From NCBI GenBank assembly GCA_965214405.1, contig OZ243956.1, positions 1,536,001 to 1,600,000 of the forward strand: a stretch of 64,000 bases of DNA, written 5' to 3'. Under the pieces are notes generated by a model that had not been told where the DNA came from, did not search any database, and saw nothing but the letters and a program-made list of their open reading frames with translations. This document shows positions 1-9,889 of the stretch, piece after piece (the first letter of the stretch is position 1; every line of letters starts with the position of its first letter). Both the position numbers and the translations under genes were made by a program. This DNA is from Trueperaceae bacterium (GTDB taxonomy: Bacteria; Deinococcota; Deinococci; Deinococcales; Trueperaceae).

Positions 1-867
1 CTCGACGACCAGGAAAACTATCAAACGGAAAGCAATGCTCCCTACGCCATCGCCGGGGATGAGCCCGGACCCGACTACAACCCCTGGACGCCGACTGTGG
101 GTGAACACACTCTCACCGTCACGCCTTACAGCGAGTCGGGCGGAAGCGGCGAAGCGGGCACGGCGCTCACGGTTCGGTTCAATGTTGTTAACGCGTCTGA
201 AGGCGCTGCAACAGAGGACGGTGCAACAGAGGACGGTGCAGCAGAAGACGGTGCAGCAGAAGACGGTGCAGCAGAAGACAGTGCAACAGCCGAGCAACCG
301 GAGCCTGCCCCAACGCCCCCTGCCACACCAGAGCCCGCCACGCCAGAGCCCGCTACGCCAGAGCCCGCCACGCCGGAAGTTACGCCTACAGAAACGACAC
401 CTGCCGAGACTACGCCCGCGGAAACCGCACCTGCCGAGACCACACCGGCAGAACCGGCTACCGACACGCAAAGCGCTACCCCCCAAACAGAACCGGCCCC
501 AATCACAGTGACGCCGGAAGTACGCAGAACCCGCTACCAAGTTCTTCCGGTCGACGGGAGCGGCGTGCGAGGCTCCGTGCTCGTTTCCGATTACGGATTC
601 GAGGGAGCCATCGTCGTCGTCTTGCTCAGCGGCACGCCGGTTGACGGGGTTCATCCCGCCCACTTCCACGCGGGTGACTGCGGCAGCGGCGGAGACATCG
701 TGGTGCCCCTGGAAAATGTGAACGGCAGAAGCGGCCTCAGCGTCACGACCACGGACGCGCCTTATGACGACGTTGTCAACGGCAACTACTACCTGAATAT
801 CCACCTTTCGCCTGACAACATAGGCACTATCGTCGCCTGTGGTGAGGTTGGGGCGAACGCGCAGTAG
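1..867 (+). CDS. 5'-truncated secreted/surface protein: beta-rich module, Pro/Thr/Glu repeat linker, C-terminal CHRD/Cu-Zn-SOD-like His-rich domain
   Basis: Frame 1 is open from base 1 (LDDQENYQTESNAPYAIAGD...), so the gene starts upstream of the window. The linker has GA(T/A)ED, PEPAT and PAETT repeats. The C-terminus has HPAHFHAGDC...YYLNIH...VACG. Confidence 0.65.
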   Translation, partial: LDDQENYQTESNAPYAIAGDEPGPDYNPWTPTVGEHTLTVTPYSESGGSGEAGTALTVRFNVVNASEGAATEDGATEDGAAEDGAAEDGAAEDSATAEQPEPAPTPPATPEPATPEPATPEPATPEVTPTETTPAETTPAETAPAETTPAEPATDTQSATPQTEPAPITVTPEVRRTRYQVLPVDGSGVRGSVLVSDYGFEGAIVVVLLSGTPVDGVHPAHFHAGDCGSGGDIVVPLENVNGRSGLSVTTTDAPYDDVVNGNYYLNIHLSPDNIGTIVACGEVGANAQ

Positions 868-915
868 CGTCAAGATCAAGGGGTAACCTTGAAGCGTGGC
901 AGCGCGCACCGTTCC

Positions 916-958
916 TAAGAAAAGTGGGTCCACCAGCCGAGTGGACCCGCTTTTCTTA
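916..958. terminator. Bidirectional intrinsic terminator
   Basis: TAAGAAAAGTGGGTCCAC-7nt-GTGGACCCGCTTTTCTTA, an 18-bp stem with one G-U pair and A/T tails, between convergent genes. Confidence 0.85.
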
Positions 959-1068
959 CCTTTACTGTCTGATACTGTCTAAATTTGTCGCTCCGCGCAA
1001 CTTCGTACTCTCAGACCTTCGTTCTCTCAAACCAGAGTGTTACCTGCTATCACATGAGTGACAAGCTA

Positions 1069-1217
1069 GGTTCTGTTGACTTTTCAGATCTTTCGCCGCG
1101 AGTTTTATCGTGCTGTTTATCGTGCTGCGCGCGAGAAGTAAGAAGTAGAAAGGGTGCGGAGCATGGAGACTACTCGAGGTTAAGCAATCTTCTCAAAGGG
1201 CAAAGATCAATACAAAC
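1069..1217. mobile_element. MITE-like element, copy 1 (149 bp, TA-flanked)
   Basis: TA|GGTTCTGTTGAC...ATCAATACAAAC|TA imperfect terminal inverted repeats. Both ends align with 42770-42924. Confidence 0.65.
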
Positions 1218-1918
1218 TAATCAAACACAACGCGGGAGACGCCGCCGGTTCCGCTCCAGACGCTTACCTCTCGGCCCAGGAGGTCGGAGGCCGCGCGGCT
1301 CGAGCGCTCATCTCTGGCTTCATCCTCCGCGCTTTGCACCAGCGCGGGGCGAGCGGCGAGCGCGACGCCGCTCACCTCAAGCCGCGTCATGAGCGTGTCG
1401 AACGACCAGTCGTCGGACCAGAGCGTTTTGAGCGCCAGCAGCGCGGGGCGACCCCTCGAGGCCTTATAGCCCGGAAGCCGCGCCTGATCCCCTTCTTGAG
1501 GACGACGCAGACGCACGCGCCCCGGCAGGCCTGCCAAACCCTCGTAAAAGAGGTCGACGAACTCGTCCAAAAGGTAGTGCGTCATCAGGAGCCGCTGCGC
1601 CTCCGGGGCGAGTTCCTCGATGTCGTCTTCGTCGGGGTCGCCCGGGTCCACCTCCGCGAAGAGCGCGTTGAGCCTTGTTGGCAGGTTGTTGAGCCGGTAG
1701 AAGCTCTCCTCGGCGGCGGCGGGCACGATGCGTAGCGGGGCCACCTTCAGCCCGGCTTCTTGCAACGCGTAGAGCGCCGCCACCTCGCCAGCGCCCGCGT
1801 CTCCCCTATTGCCACCCTCGTTGTTACCGTGAAGGGGCTCGAGTCTTCCTTCACGACCGGCGGCCTGGAGTTCACGGAGTCGGAGGTCCGGGTTAGGCAG
1901 ACTCATAGGGGGCCTCAT
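1217..1918 (-). CDS. Hypothetical protein resembling a degenerate PEP-synthase/PPDK N-terminal domain
   Basis: 233-aa ORF. GLKVAPLRIVP..AEESFYRLNNL..L..LF...YEGL....VRLRR follows the PpsA N-terminal pattern but lacks GGK and RSS. TATGAT lies 8 nt upstream of the ATG. Confidence 0.55.
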   Translation of the reverse strand: MRPPMSLPNPDLRLRELQAAGREGRLEPLHGNNEGGNRGDAGAGEVAALYALQEAGLKVAPLRIVPAAAEESFYRLNNLPTRLNALFAEVDPGDPDEDDIEELAPEAQRLLMTHYLLDEFVDLFYEGLAGLPGRVRLRRPQEGDQARLPGYKASRGRPALLALKTLWSDDWSFDTLMTRLEVSGVALAARPALVQSAEDEARDERSSRAASDLLGREVSVWSGTGGVSRVVFD

Positions 1919-2246
1919 GAGCTGGCATCATAAACCATGACGACCCGGTGCTTTCGCCCGCCACTTTAGGTTTGCCCCGCATTTTGTGCCTTGTACTTAG
2001 TTCTTACGGTCACCTCTGCCCCCTACCCCGCCATTCTAACACCGTCCACCGTTGCGCTCCACCGTTGCGCTTCGGGGGGCAAGAACGGTACGATGGGTCA
2101 AGAGGGGCTTCACCGTGAGATTCGAGTCCTGCGAGATTCTTGAGCGACATGTAAAGAATCTTGCACCGTGACAAAGGAGTAGTCTCGATAATGAAGCACA
2201 CGCCACAACCGCCCCCCGCTCGAGCCGAGCGCGCAGAAGGACTTCT

Positions 2247-2900
2247 ATGACAAACCTCACAGCCGCCGATGTGACCGTTTGGGCGCTTCCTCTTCTCGTT
2301 GCCGCGGCCCTGGCGCTCACCGTTACACTCGCCGTGCGGCTGCGGCGTCGGGGGCGCGTGAGGGGCGTGAACGCGCGGGCGCGCCTGCTCGCGCGCGCCT
2401 CTCTCTTCGGCGCGCTCCGCCGTTTGCTGGGTGAAACGTACGTGGTGCTCAGCCGGGACGATATAGAGGACACAGAAGCTGACCCGGGAACCGGTTCAGA
2501 GGTTAAAGGCACGGTAACCACGCTTCAAAAGCTTCACCTTGACGCCGCGGCGTTCACACACGCGGCCGACGGGGTTGACTGCTTTCTCATCCGCAAGCGC
2601 GACCTCGCCCCCGTCTGCGCGGTGGCGCTTGGAGACGCACCTAAAACGCCTCTGAACATGCCCCCAAGCGTGCCTCCGAGTATGCCCGTGGTGACGCTTC
2701 CCTTAAAACGCGCCTACGCGCTGCAAGACGTTGACGCGGCGCTCTCTCCCGTCCTCGACGCGCCACCACCCGTCACGCCTGAGTCAGAGCCTCCCAACCC
2801 GGAAGCCGAGGGTGACGCAGGTAACGCAGGGATCACCCCCTCGGCGCACACACCCCAACGAGACGCGCCGCGGCTGCACGGCGCGCTCCCGACGAGCTAG
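2247..2900 (+). CDS. Membrane-anchored hypothetical protein, weakly DUF2726-like
   Basis: N-terminal TM helix followed by an Arg cluster; LFGALRRLLGETYVVL...VDCFLI....LAPVCAVAL; AGAAGGA RBS. Confidence 0.5.
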   Translation: MTNLTAADVTVWALPLLVAAALALTVTLAVRLRRRGRVRGVNARARLLARASLFGALRRLLGETYVVLSRDDIEDTEADPGTGSEVKGTVTTLQKLHLDAAAFTHAADGVDCFLIRKRDLAPVCAVALGDAPKTPLNMPPSVPPSMPVVTLPLKRAYALQDVDAALSPVLDAPPPVTPESEPPNPEAEGDAGNAGITPSAHTPQRDAPRLHGALPTS

Positions 2901-2911
2901 GGGGCGTTTAC

Positions 2912-4045
2912 ATGGGAAGATGGGGAAGCATTCTCGCCAATCTGGGCTATCAGGTCGAGAGGCAAGTGGACGGCACCAAACACCGCTTTTGGGGACGCTA
3001 CGGCCGCGACGCGCTTCTGATCGCGCCGTACCTCACCTACGGTGCGAAAGACAAGCTTCTTATTAAAGGTCGCGTGCTCGAGGACGAACGCTTAACCCCC
3101 GCGGGCGAAGGCGACACGGCGTGGGACAACCTGCGCAACACCTGGAAACGCTTCGAGAGCGACGAAATCCGCGGCGCACGGGTACGCGTAACGTTTGGAG
3201 AGGCGGTCACCGAGGCCGTCACGGACGAGGAGGGCTTCTTCGAGCTGTGGCTGCCTGTGTCTTTGCCCGAAGCGCACGATTATCTGCAAGAGGTCGCGTT
3301 GGAGCTGCTCGAGCCCCTGCGCCCCAGCCAAACCGAGGTCCACTTTCAGACGGAAGTCGTCGTACCACCCCCGAACGCCCGCTTCGGCGTCATCAGCGAC
3401 GTGGACGATACCGTGCTGCAAACCGGGGCGACCGACCTTTTGAGCGCCGCCAAAAAAACGTTCTTGGGCAACGCCAGGACGCGCCTCCCCTTCGAGGGCG
3501 TGGCAGGCTTTTACAAGGCGCTTCACCAAGGTACTGACGGAAACACCAATCCGCTTTTTTATGTGTCTTCCTCCCCCTGGAACCTCTACGACGTGCTGGT
3601 CGAGTTTTTCGAACTCAACGACATCCCCCTGGGTCCGCTCATGCTCCGCGACTGGGGCCTCACCCCGGACGAACTCCTGCCGACCTCGCACGGGGCGCAC
3701 AAGCTGGGGGCAATTCAAAAGATTCTTTCGACCTACCCCCAGCTCCCCTTTATTTTGATTGGCGACAGCGGCCAGGAGGACCCGGAAATTTACCACGAGA
3801 TTGTCCACACCCACCCCGACCGCATCTTAGGGATTTACATCCGCGACGTGAGCGAAGAAGCCGGGCGCAAGGAGGCGGTTCAGGCGCTCGCGGAGGAGGT
3901 AAAGCGCGATAACGCCGAACTGGTGCTCGTCCCCGACACCGTCTCGGCGGCGCGGCACGCGGCGGCGCGGGGTTGGATTGCGGGAGACGCCGTCCCGCAA
4001 GTGCAGGCGGCCAAGGTGGAGGACGAACAGGCGGAGCCGCAGTAG
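2912..4045 (+). CDS. App1-family phosphatidate phosphatase (DUF2183)
   Basis: GVISDVDDTV (DxDDT), YVSSSPWNLY and LIGDSGQEDPEIY motifs. Confidence 0.85.
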   Translation: MGRWGSILANLGYQVERQVDGTKHRFWGRYGRDALLIAPYLTYGAKDKLLIKGRVLEDERLTPAGEGDTAWDNLRNTWKRFESDEIRGARVRVTFGEAVTEAVTDEEGFFELWLPVSLPEAHDYLQEVALELLEPLRPSQTEVHFQTEVVVPPPNARFGVISDVDDTVLQTGATDLLSAAKKTFLGNARTRLPFEGVAGFYKALHQGTDGNTNPLFYVSSSPWNLYDVLVEFFELNDIPLGPLMLRDWGLTPDELLPTSHGAHKLGAIQKILSTYPQLPFILIGDSGQEDPEIYHEIVHTHPDRILGIYIRDVSEEAGRKEAVQALAEEVKRDNAELVLVPDTVSAARHAAARGWIAGDAVPQVQAAKVEDEQAEPQ

Positions 4046-4123
4046 CGTTTGCGTTTCTCTCTATTTCGCGGCGTCTTGTGGCGGGCTTACCGAGACGGTC
4101 GAGGTAGGCGGATATAGTGAAGC

Positions 4124-5134
4124 ATGATTGAGACGCTTTATCTCGCCAAACCTCGAGGCTTCTGCGCGGGCGTGGTGATGGCTATTGAGGCAGTCGAGCG
4201 CGCCGCCGCCGAAAGTAGAAGGACGGGCGAGGGTGACTTGACCGTTTACCACGCCATCGTCCATAACGATACGGTGGTGGGAAGGCTTAGGGAGAACTAC
4301 GGCGTCCACTTTGTCGAGGATTTGGGGGAGTTGGCGGGGCTCGAGGCGACGGGTGAACGCGCGCTCACCGACACGGTGGTTTTCTCCGCCCACGGCGTGT
4401 CCCCGGCGGTGCGTCAGGAGGCCGCCAGACGGGGCCTCGCCACCATCGACGCCACCTGTCCGCTCGTCACCAAGGTGCATTCCGAGGCCAAACGCTACGC
4501 CCGCGAGGGTTACCACATCCTGCTCATCGGTGACTCGACAAAGCATCAGGAGGTGATTGGCACGAAGGGCGAAGCGCCCGAGCATACGACCGTCGTGAGC
4601 GTCGTCGGCAACCGCAAGCACGACCCCGCGTTGGCCGACCCCCGCACCGTCAGCGTGCCCGACCCGGATAAAGTGGTGGTGCTCACCCAAACGACCCTCT
4701 CCGTGGACGACGTGGAAAAAACCATCGAGGTTCTGAAAACCCGCTTTCCAGAGCTCGTCATCCCGCCCTCCGACGACCTCTGCTACGCCACCAAAAACCG
4801 TCAGGACGCGGTGCGGGGTATTGCACCCCAGGTGGACCTCTTTTTGGTCGTCACCAGCGACTACTCTTCTAACGGGATGCGCCTCTTGGAACTCGCGGAC
4901 GACCTCATGGGCAACGCCAAACGCGTTGAAAGTGTGGCGGACATCGAGGAAGGGTGGTTGGAGGACGTTCGCGCCGTCGGCGTCACCTCGGCGGCCTCGA
5001 CGCCGGACGATTTGGTGGGGGACATCGTGGCGTTTTTTAGAACCAAAAACGCGGGACTTAACGTCGTTGAAGAGGGTGAGTGGGAGAATATTACGTTTAG
5101 ACAGCCGAAGCGCGTGCCCGCGCCGGTTGGTTAA
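4124..5134 (+). CDS. ispH: 4-hydroxy-3-methylbut-2-enyl diphosphate reductase
   Basis: [35 protein letters not shown] motifs with three Fe-S Cys. Confidence 0.95.
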   Translation: MIETLYLAKPRGFCAGVVMAIEAVERAAAESRRTGEGDLTVYHAIVHNDTVVGRLRENYGVHFVEDLGELAGLEATGERALTDTVVFSAHGVSPAVRQEAARRGLATIDATCPLVTKVHSEAKRYAREGYHILLIGDSTKHQEVIGTKGEAPEHTTVVSVVGNRKHDPALADPRTVSVPDPDKVVVLTQTTLSVDDVEKTIEVLKTRFPELVIPPSDDLCYATKNRQDAVRGIAPQVDLFLVVTSDYSSNGMRLLELADDLMGNAKRVESVADIEEGWLEDVRAVGVTSAASTPDDLVGDIVAFFRTKNAGLNVVEEGEWENITFRQPKRVPAPVG

Positions 5135-5220
5135 GCAGCCAAAACCGAAAGCTGCTCAACAGAGGTATCCAAGAAAAGACGGTTAGACTGCCCTGGATAA
5201 GGTTTGGATAAGGGGGCAGA

Positions 5221-5682
5221 ATGACAAGCGTAGCGGCGCGTACCGACCGGCGTAGGATCTTATGGACGGGTGTTTTCTTGGGTGTGGGCGTGGTCGGCAC
5301 GCTCGACGAGGTTGTATTTCATCAGCTTCTCCAGTGGCACTTTTTTTACGTTCACACGGACTCTTTTTGGCGCACCTTTAGCGACGGGGTGTTTCACATC
5401 TTTACAAGTGCCGCGCTCTTGATTGGGGCCTTGAGATTGTGGCGAGACCGGGGCCGCCTCAGCCACACTCGAGCCTCCGCCCTCACCTTTGGCGCGGGGC
5501 TCTTTTTCGGCGGGGGCGGCTTCAACCTCTTCGACGGCACCGTAGACCACAAGATTTTACGCATCCACCCGGTCCGTTTGGGGGTCGACAACCCGCTACC
5601 CTACGACCTCGCCTGGAACGGGGTGTCCGTCGCGCTGCTCCTGGTGGGCTGGTGGCTGTGGCGGCGTTCACGTCGCGTGTGA
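5221..5682 (+). CDS. DUF2243-family membrane protein
   Basis: DEVVFHQLLQWH, SDGVFH and FNLFDGTVDHKILRIH motifs; about 4 TM segments. Confidence 0.8.
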   Translation: MTSVAARTDRRRILWTGVFLGVGVVGTLDEVVFHQLLQWHFFYVHTDSFWRTFSDGVFHIFTSAALLIGALRLWRDRGRLSHTRASALTFGAGLFFGGGGFNLFDGTVDHKILRIHPVRLGVDNPLPYDLAWNGVSVALLLVGWWLWRRSRRV

Positions 5683-5699
5683 AAGGCCCTCGAGCCCCG

Positions 5700-6611
5700 C
5701 TACGACGAGATAACGCTGGAAAAAGCCAGCCCGCGACTCGCCACCGCCGCCGCGCCTATCACGCCCGCGTCCGTCCCCAATTTTGCCAACCGCAGCTTGA
5801 CGGGCGGATACCCGACGCTGAATATATCCGCCGCCGCCTGAATTTTGTCCATATAAAAACTCCCCGCTTGGCTCATCCCGCCGCCAATCACGAAGCCGTC
5901 GGGGTCAAAGGCTTTTTGTAAGTTGGCGAGGCCGACGCCCGTATAGCGCGCCGCGTTGTCGATGATCTTGAGCGCGCGGCGCTCGCCCGCCTCGGCCCGC
6001 GCGAACACCTCCTCGGTGCGCATGGGCGCGTTGTAGGCGTAAGAGCCGTCACGGGCGATGGCGCGGCCCGCGGCGACCGCCTCCCAGCAGCCGTAGTGAC
6101 CGCAGCCGCACAGGGGGCCGTCGGCCTGGAGGGTCATGTGACCGACCTCGCCCGCAATCCCGTTTGCGCCGTGCAAAACGCGGTCGTCCAAAAAGATGCC
6201 GCCGCCGATACCCGTCGAGATGGTCACGTAAATGCTCGAGTCCAAATCCACAGCCGCGCCGTAAAGGTGCTCGGCGTAGCCCGCGGCGTTGGCGTCGTTC
6301 TCTAAGACAACCTCGAGCCCCAGCATCTCCCTAAGCCCCGCCGTGATGCTGATGTTTTCCATGCCCGGAATGTTGGGCGCGAACAGAACTTTGCCCGCTT
6401 TGAGGTCGATGGGGCCGGGCGAGCCGACACCGACGCGCGTCACCTCTGGATACTTGTCAAGCAGCGCCCGCGCCATCTCTGCGAGCGCATAAATCACGCT
6501 GTCGCCGCCCGTTCGCGGCGTTTTTTGGCGGTGCTGGAGGAGAATCTTACCGTCTTCGACCACCGCGCCCGCGATTTTCGTGCCGCCCAAATCGAGCCCG
6601 ATGGTTTTCAT
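5700..6611 (-). CDS. glk: ROK-family sugar kinase (glucokinase-like)
   Basis: Start reassigned to MKTIGLDLGGTK. ENDANAA, GTGIGGG-like, GEVGH and CGCGHYGCWE motifs; no HTH. Confidence 0.85.
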   Translation of the reverse strand: MKTIGLDLGGTKIAGAVVEDGKILLQHRQKTPRTGGDSVIYALAEMARALLDKYPEVTRVGVGSPGPIDLKAGKVLFAPNIPGMENISITAGLREMLGLEVVLENDANAAGYAEHLYGAAVDLDSSIYVTISTGIGGGIFLDDRVLHGANGIAGEVGHMTLQADGPLCGCGHYGCWEAVAAGRAIARDGSYAYNAPMRTEEVFARAEAGERRALKIIDNAARYTGVGLANLQKAFDPDGFVIGGGMSQAGSFYMDKIQAAADIFSVGYPPVKLRLAKLGTDAGVIGAAAVASRGLAFSSVISS

Positions 6612-6690
6612 GCGGCCTCTTTGCGTTCGTTCTTGTAAATGTCTTTGAAGGTAGCGCTCATACCCTAGTTTAACGTGAGTTTCGCCCGGT

Positions 6691-7869
6691 CTAGGCGCGG
6701 AGCAGCTTGAGCGTCGCCCTCGCAATCTCGCCCTCCTCGTCGGTGGGGACGATGAACGTTTTTACAGAACTTCCCGCCGCACTCACGTCTCTGCCCGTGC
6801 CCCCTTCACCACCCGCGCGGTTTCTCTCCTCGTCGAGGGTGAGGCCCAGGAATCCGAGCCCCGCCACCGCCTCCTCACGCGTTTGGGCGTCATTTTCACC
6901 GATGCCGCCCGTAAAAATCACCGCGTCGAGGCCGCTCATCGCCGCCGCGTAAGTGCCGATGGTTTTGCGGATGCGGTAACAGAAAACCGCCACCGCCTCC
7001 CGCGCCGCTTTATTTCCCGCTTCCGCCGCGCGGCGCACGTCGCGCATATCGTTGGAGACGCCGGACAAACCCAAAAGCCCCGAGCGTTTGTTGAGGAGCG
7101 TGTCGAGTTTGCTCGCCTCCATCCCGTTTTGTAAAAGGTAGAGGAGTACGCCGGGGTCGATATCCCCGGTGCGCGTGCCCATGAGCAGGCCCGAGAGGGG
7201 CGTGAAGCCCATGCTCGTATCCACCGAGCGCCCCCCCGCCACCGCCGCCGCGCTCGAGCCGTTCCCCAAATGGAGCGAGACGAGGCGGAGGTCTGCGCGC
7301 GACTCCCCCAAAAGCTCCGCCGCCCGCCGGGTTACGTAGTCGTGCGAGGTGCCGTGAAAGCCGTAGCGCCGAATCCCCTGCTCGGTGTAGAACTCGAGCG
7401 GCAGCCCGTAAAGAAACGCGCTCGGCGGCAGCGTCGCGTGAAAGGCGGTGTCGAACACCGCCACCTGCGGCACATAGGGTAAAAGGCGACGCGCGGCGCG
7501 GACGCCCGCCAAGTTCGCCGGGTTGTGGAGCGGCGCGAGCGGGACGAGCGCCTCTAAATCGTCCACAACCTCGTCTGTTAAAAGCGTCGGCTCGGTGTAA
7601 CGTTCGCCGCCGTGGACGACGCGGTGCCCGACGGCGGTCACGGTTTCCAAGGGAATGTGGGAGGAGAGGTGCCTCAACAGCACCCGAAAAGCGTCTTCGT
7701 GATTCTCGACAGCGTCGGAGGAAATATCAGCCGAATTCACTCTTACTTTCGCGTCACCGCCGATACGCTCGACTAAACCGGACCATCCCTGGGAGACGAG
7801 CTTGACCTTGAGGCTCGAGGAGCCCGCGTTGACGACCAGCACAGTAGACGGCGCGGCAGGCTCAGCCAT
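6691..7869 (-). CDS. ackA: Acetate kinase
   Basis: [52 protein letters not shown]. Confidence 0.95.
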   Translation of the reverse strand: MAEPAAPSTVLVVNAGSSSLKVKLVSQGWSGLVERIGGDAKVRVNSADISSDAVENHEDAFRVLLRHLSSHIPLETVTAVGHRVVHGGERYTEPTLLTDEVVDDLEALVPLAPLHNPANLAGVRAARRLLPYVPQVAVFDTAFHATLPPSAFLYGLPLEFYTEQGIRRYGFHGTSHDYVTRRAAELLGESRADLRLVSLHLGNGSSAAAVAGGRSVDTSMGFTPLSGLLMGTRTGDIDPGVLLYLLQNGMEASKLDTLLNKRSGLLGLSGVSNDMRDVRRAAEAGNKAAREAVAVFCYRIRKTIGTYAAAMSGLDAVIFTGGIGENDAQTREEAVAGLGFLGLTLDEERNRAGGEGGTGRDVSAAGSSVKTFIVPTDEEGEIARATLKLLRA

Positions 7870-9151
7870 GCTCGCCCGCCTTGCGTTTGGCGAAGCCTTC
7901 CAACCGCTCCCGCACCCGCGCCTCCCAGCCTTCGCCGTCGGCGTGATAATAACGTCGTGGGGTCATGGTGTCGGGAAAGTAGCTTTGCCTAAAACTGCCC
8001 TCCGGGTCGTCAAAATAGTAGGCGTAGCTCTGCCCGTAGCCGAGTCCTTTCATGAGCCCTGTGGGCGCGTTGCGTAGGTGCAGCGGCACGGGCGCGGCGC
8101 CGCGAGTTTCGGCGTCGCGCTTGGCCGCGCCCCAAGCGCGGTAGACCGCGTTGGATTTGGGGGCCAGGGCCAGGTAAACCGCAGCCTCGGCCAGCGCCAA
8201 CTCGCCTTCGGGAAGACCCAAAAACGCGACCGCGTCTCTTGCCGCCAGCGTCAGCCGGAGCGCGTGCGGGTCGGCTAAGCCCACGTCCTCGCTCGCCACG
8301 CGCACCATGCGGCGCGCGATGTAAAGCGGGTCGGCCCCGCCCTCTAAGAGCCGCGCGAGCCAGTAGAGCGCCGCGTCAGGGTCGCAGCCGCGCAGGGATT
8401 TGTGGAGCGCGCTCGTCAGGTTGTAAAAATGTTCGCCGCCCTTGTCAAAGGCGAGGCCCTTGGCGGAGAGCGCCGCGCGCGCCGCCTCGACATCCAGCGT
8501 TCCGCTCTCCGCATAGGCCGCCGCCCCCTCGAGCGCCCCCAGTGCCCGCCGCGCGTCGCCGTCGGCCCAGGTGGCGAGGAGGTCTAGCGCGTCTTCGTCC
8601 ACGCTCAAGGCACCGCCAAAGCCGTCGGGGTGCGTTAACGCCCGCGTCAGCACCGCCCGCACCGCTTCAAAGGAGAGGGGCTCGAGCACATAAAGCTGAC
8701 TCCTCGAGCGCAGCGCCCCGTTCACCTCAAACGACGGGTTTTCGGTTGTCGCGCCGATAAACAGGAGCGTGCCGTCCTCGACAAAGGGCAAAAGCAAATC
8801 CTGCTGCGCCTTGTTAAAGCGGTGAACCTCGTCCAAAAAGAGAACGGTCCTCTCCCCCCTTTGCAGCCGCACCCGCGCCGCCTCGGCCACGCCCCGCACC
8901 TCCTTGACGCCCGAGGTGACCGCCGACAGTCCCACAAAGTGCGCGCCCAAATGCCCCGCGACGAGGCGCGCCAGCGTCGTTTTGCCAACGCCAGGGGGAC
9001 CCCAGAGGAGCAGCGAGCGGGGCGCACCGCCAGAAAGTAGTACCCGCAAAGGCTTTCCCGCCCCCAGCAAATGCGTTTGCCCCGCCACCTCGTCTAACGT
9101 TTTCGGGCGGAGCCGTTCGGCCAAAGGTGCCGCAGGAGGAGTTTCCGTCAT
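7862..9151 (-). CDS. rarA: Replication-associated recombination protein A (AAA+ ATPase)
   Basis: [48 protein letters not shown]. Start set at ATG 9151, 6 nt downstream of TACACT. Confidence 0.93.
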   Translation of the reverse strand: MTETPPAAPLAERLRPKTLDEVAGQTHLLGAGKPLRVLLSGGAPRSLLLWGPPGVGKTTLARLVAGHLGAHFVGLSAVTSGVKEVRGVAEAARVRLQRGERTVLFLDEVHRFNKAQQDLLLPFVEDGTLLFIGATTENPSFEVNGALRSRSQLYVLEPLSFEAVRAVLTRALTHPDGFGGALSVDEDALDLLATWADGDARRALGALEGAAAYAESGTLDVEAARAALSAKGLAFDKGGEHFYNLTSALHKSLRGCDPDAALYWLARLLEGGADPLYIARRMVRVASEDVGLADPHALRLTLAARDAVAFLGLPEGELALAEAAVYLALAPKSNAVYRAWGAAKRDAETRGAAPVPLHLRNAPTGLMKGLGYGQSYAYYFDDPEGSFRQSYFPDTMTPRRYYHADGEGWEARVRERLEGFAKRKAGEHG

Positions 9152-9365
9152 TTCTCGAGTGTACCAGCCTCCGCGCGGTACCAGAGGAGCCATCAGAGGT
9201 TGAAATAAGGACTGAGTACCTGGTACCGAGTTTAGAGTGAAATGCTCGGTACTCATCACTTTTCTCCCTTAACTTGATACACTCGCACTAAGATTTTGTA
9301 TATAAGATGACACACAAGGCGCACGCCTCTGGATAAACTGTTCATAATAGAAAGGCTGGTGGACG

Positions 9366-9764
9366 ATGTATAAACTGTTTACGTTAGAGGAAGCGACTGA
9401 ACTCCTCCCGACCGTCGACCACACCCTCCGCGAGATGCAAAGCGCGGTCAAGGACGCGTTGGGTTTGCGCGACACCTTTGCCCGCACGCCGCAGGGCACG
9501 GTGAAAGCGCGCAACTTAGCCGAAGAAATCAACTTTTTGCTGCGCGGTTTGCAAGAGAGCAAGGGGGAACTCGACCGGCTCGGCGTACACCTCAAGGACA
9601 TGGAAACGGGGCTTGTCGATTTCCCGAGCCAGCTAGGCGCAGAGGTCGTGTACCTCTGTTGGGAACAAGGGCAGGACGCGATTACGCACTTTCACCGGCT
9701 GAATGAAGCGGAGAGCGCGCGGCAGCCTCTGCCTGGTGCGCAAGCGGGTCACGTCGCAGCCTGA
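9366..9764 (+). CDS. DUF2203-family protein
   Basis: FTLEEA.ELLP...KDMETGLVDFP....VYLCWEQG...ITHFH pattern. Confidence 0.8.
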   Translation: MYKLFTLEEATELLPTVDHTLREMQSAVKDALGLRDTFARTPQGTVKARNLAEEINFLLRGLQESKGELDRLGVHLKDMETGLVDFPSQLGAEVVYLCWEQGQDAITHFHRLNEAESARQPLPGAQAGHVAA

Positions 9765-9792
9765 TCATTGGGTAACAAAGTTTGTGAAGTTT

Positions 9793-9818
9793 AAGCTCGA
9801 GCGGGCTCGAGCTTTTTT
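9793..9818 (+). terminator. Intrinsic terminator whose stem is two GCTCGAGC palindromes
   Basis: AAGCTCGAGC-GG-GCTCGAGCTT-TTTT, downstream of the DUF2203 gene. Confidence 0.7.
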
Positions 9819-9889
9819 GTGACTTTTCTCGCTACAGTTCTCTTGGGAACACGACACTCTCATAGTATCGTGTCTCTAGGAGGGTCATC

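Noticed and set aside
200..460. Repeat arrays that might be CRISPR-like (also 24160-24264 and 26267-26341)
   Set aside because: These are 15-bp head-to-tail in-frame coding repeats with no spacers, and there are no cas genes.
985..1392. 135-aa + strand ORF
   Set aside because: It runs across the MITE and antisense into the next gene; no RBS or domain features.
2074..2140. tRNA-like fragment (GATTCGAGTCC resembling a T-loop, CTTCA nearby)
   Set aside because: No acceptor stem, D-arm or anticodon stem can be folded.
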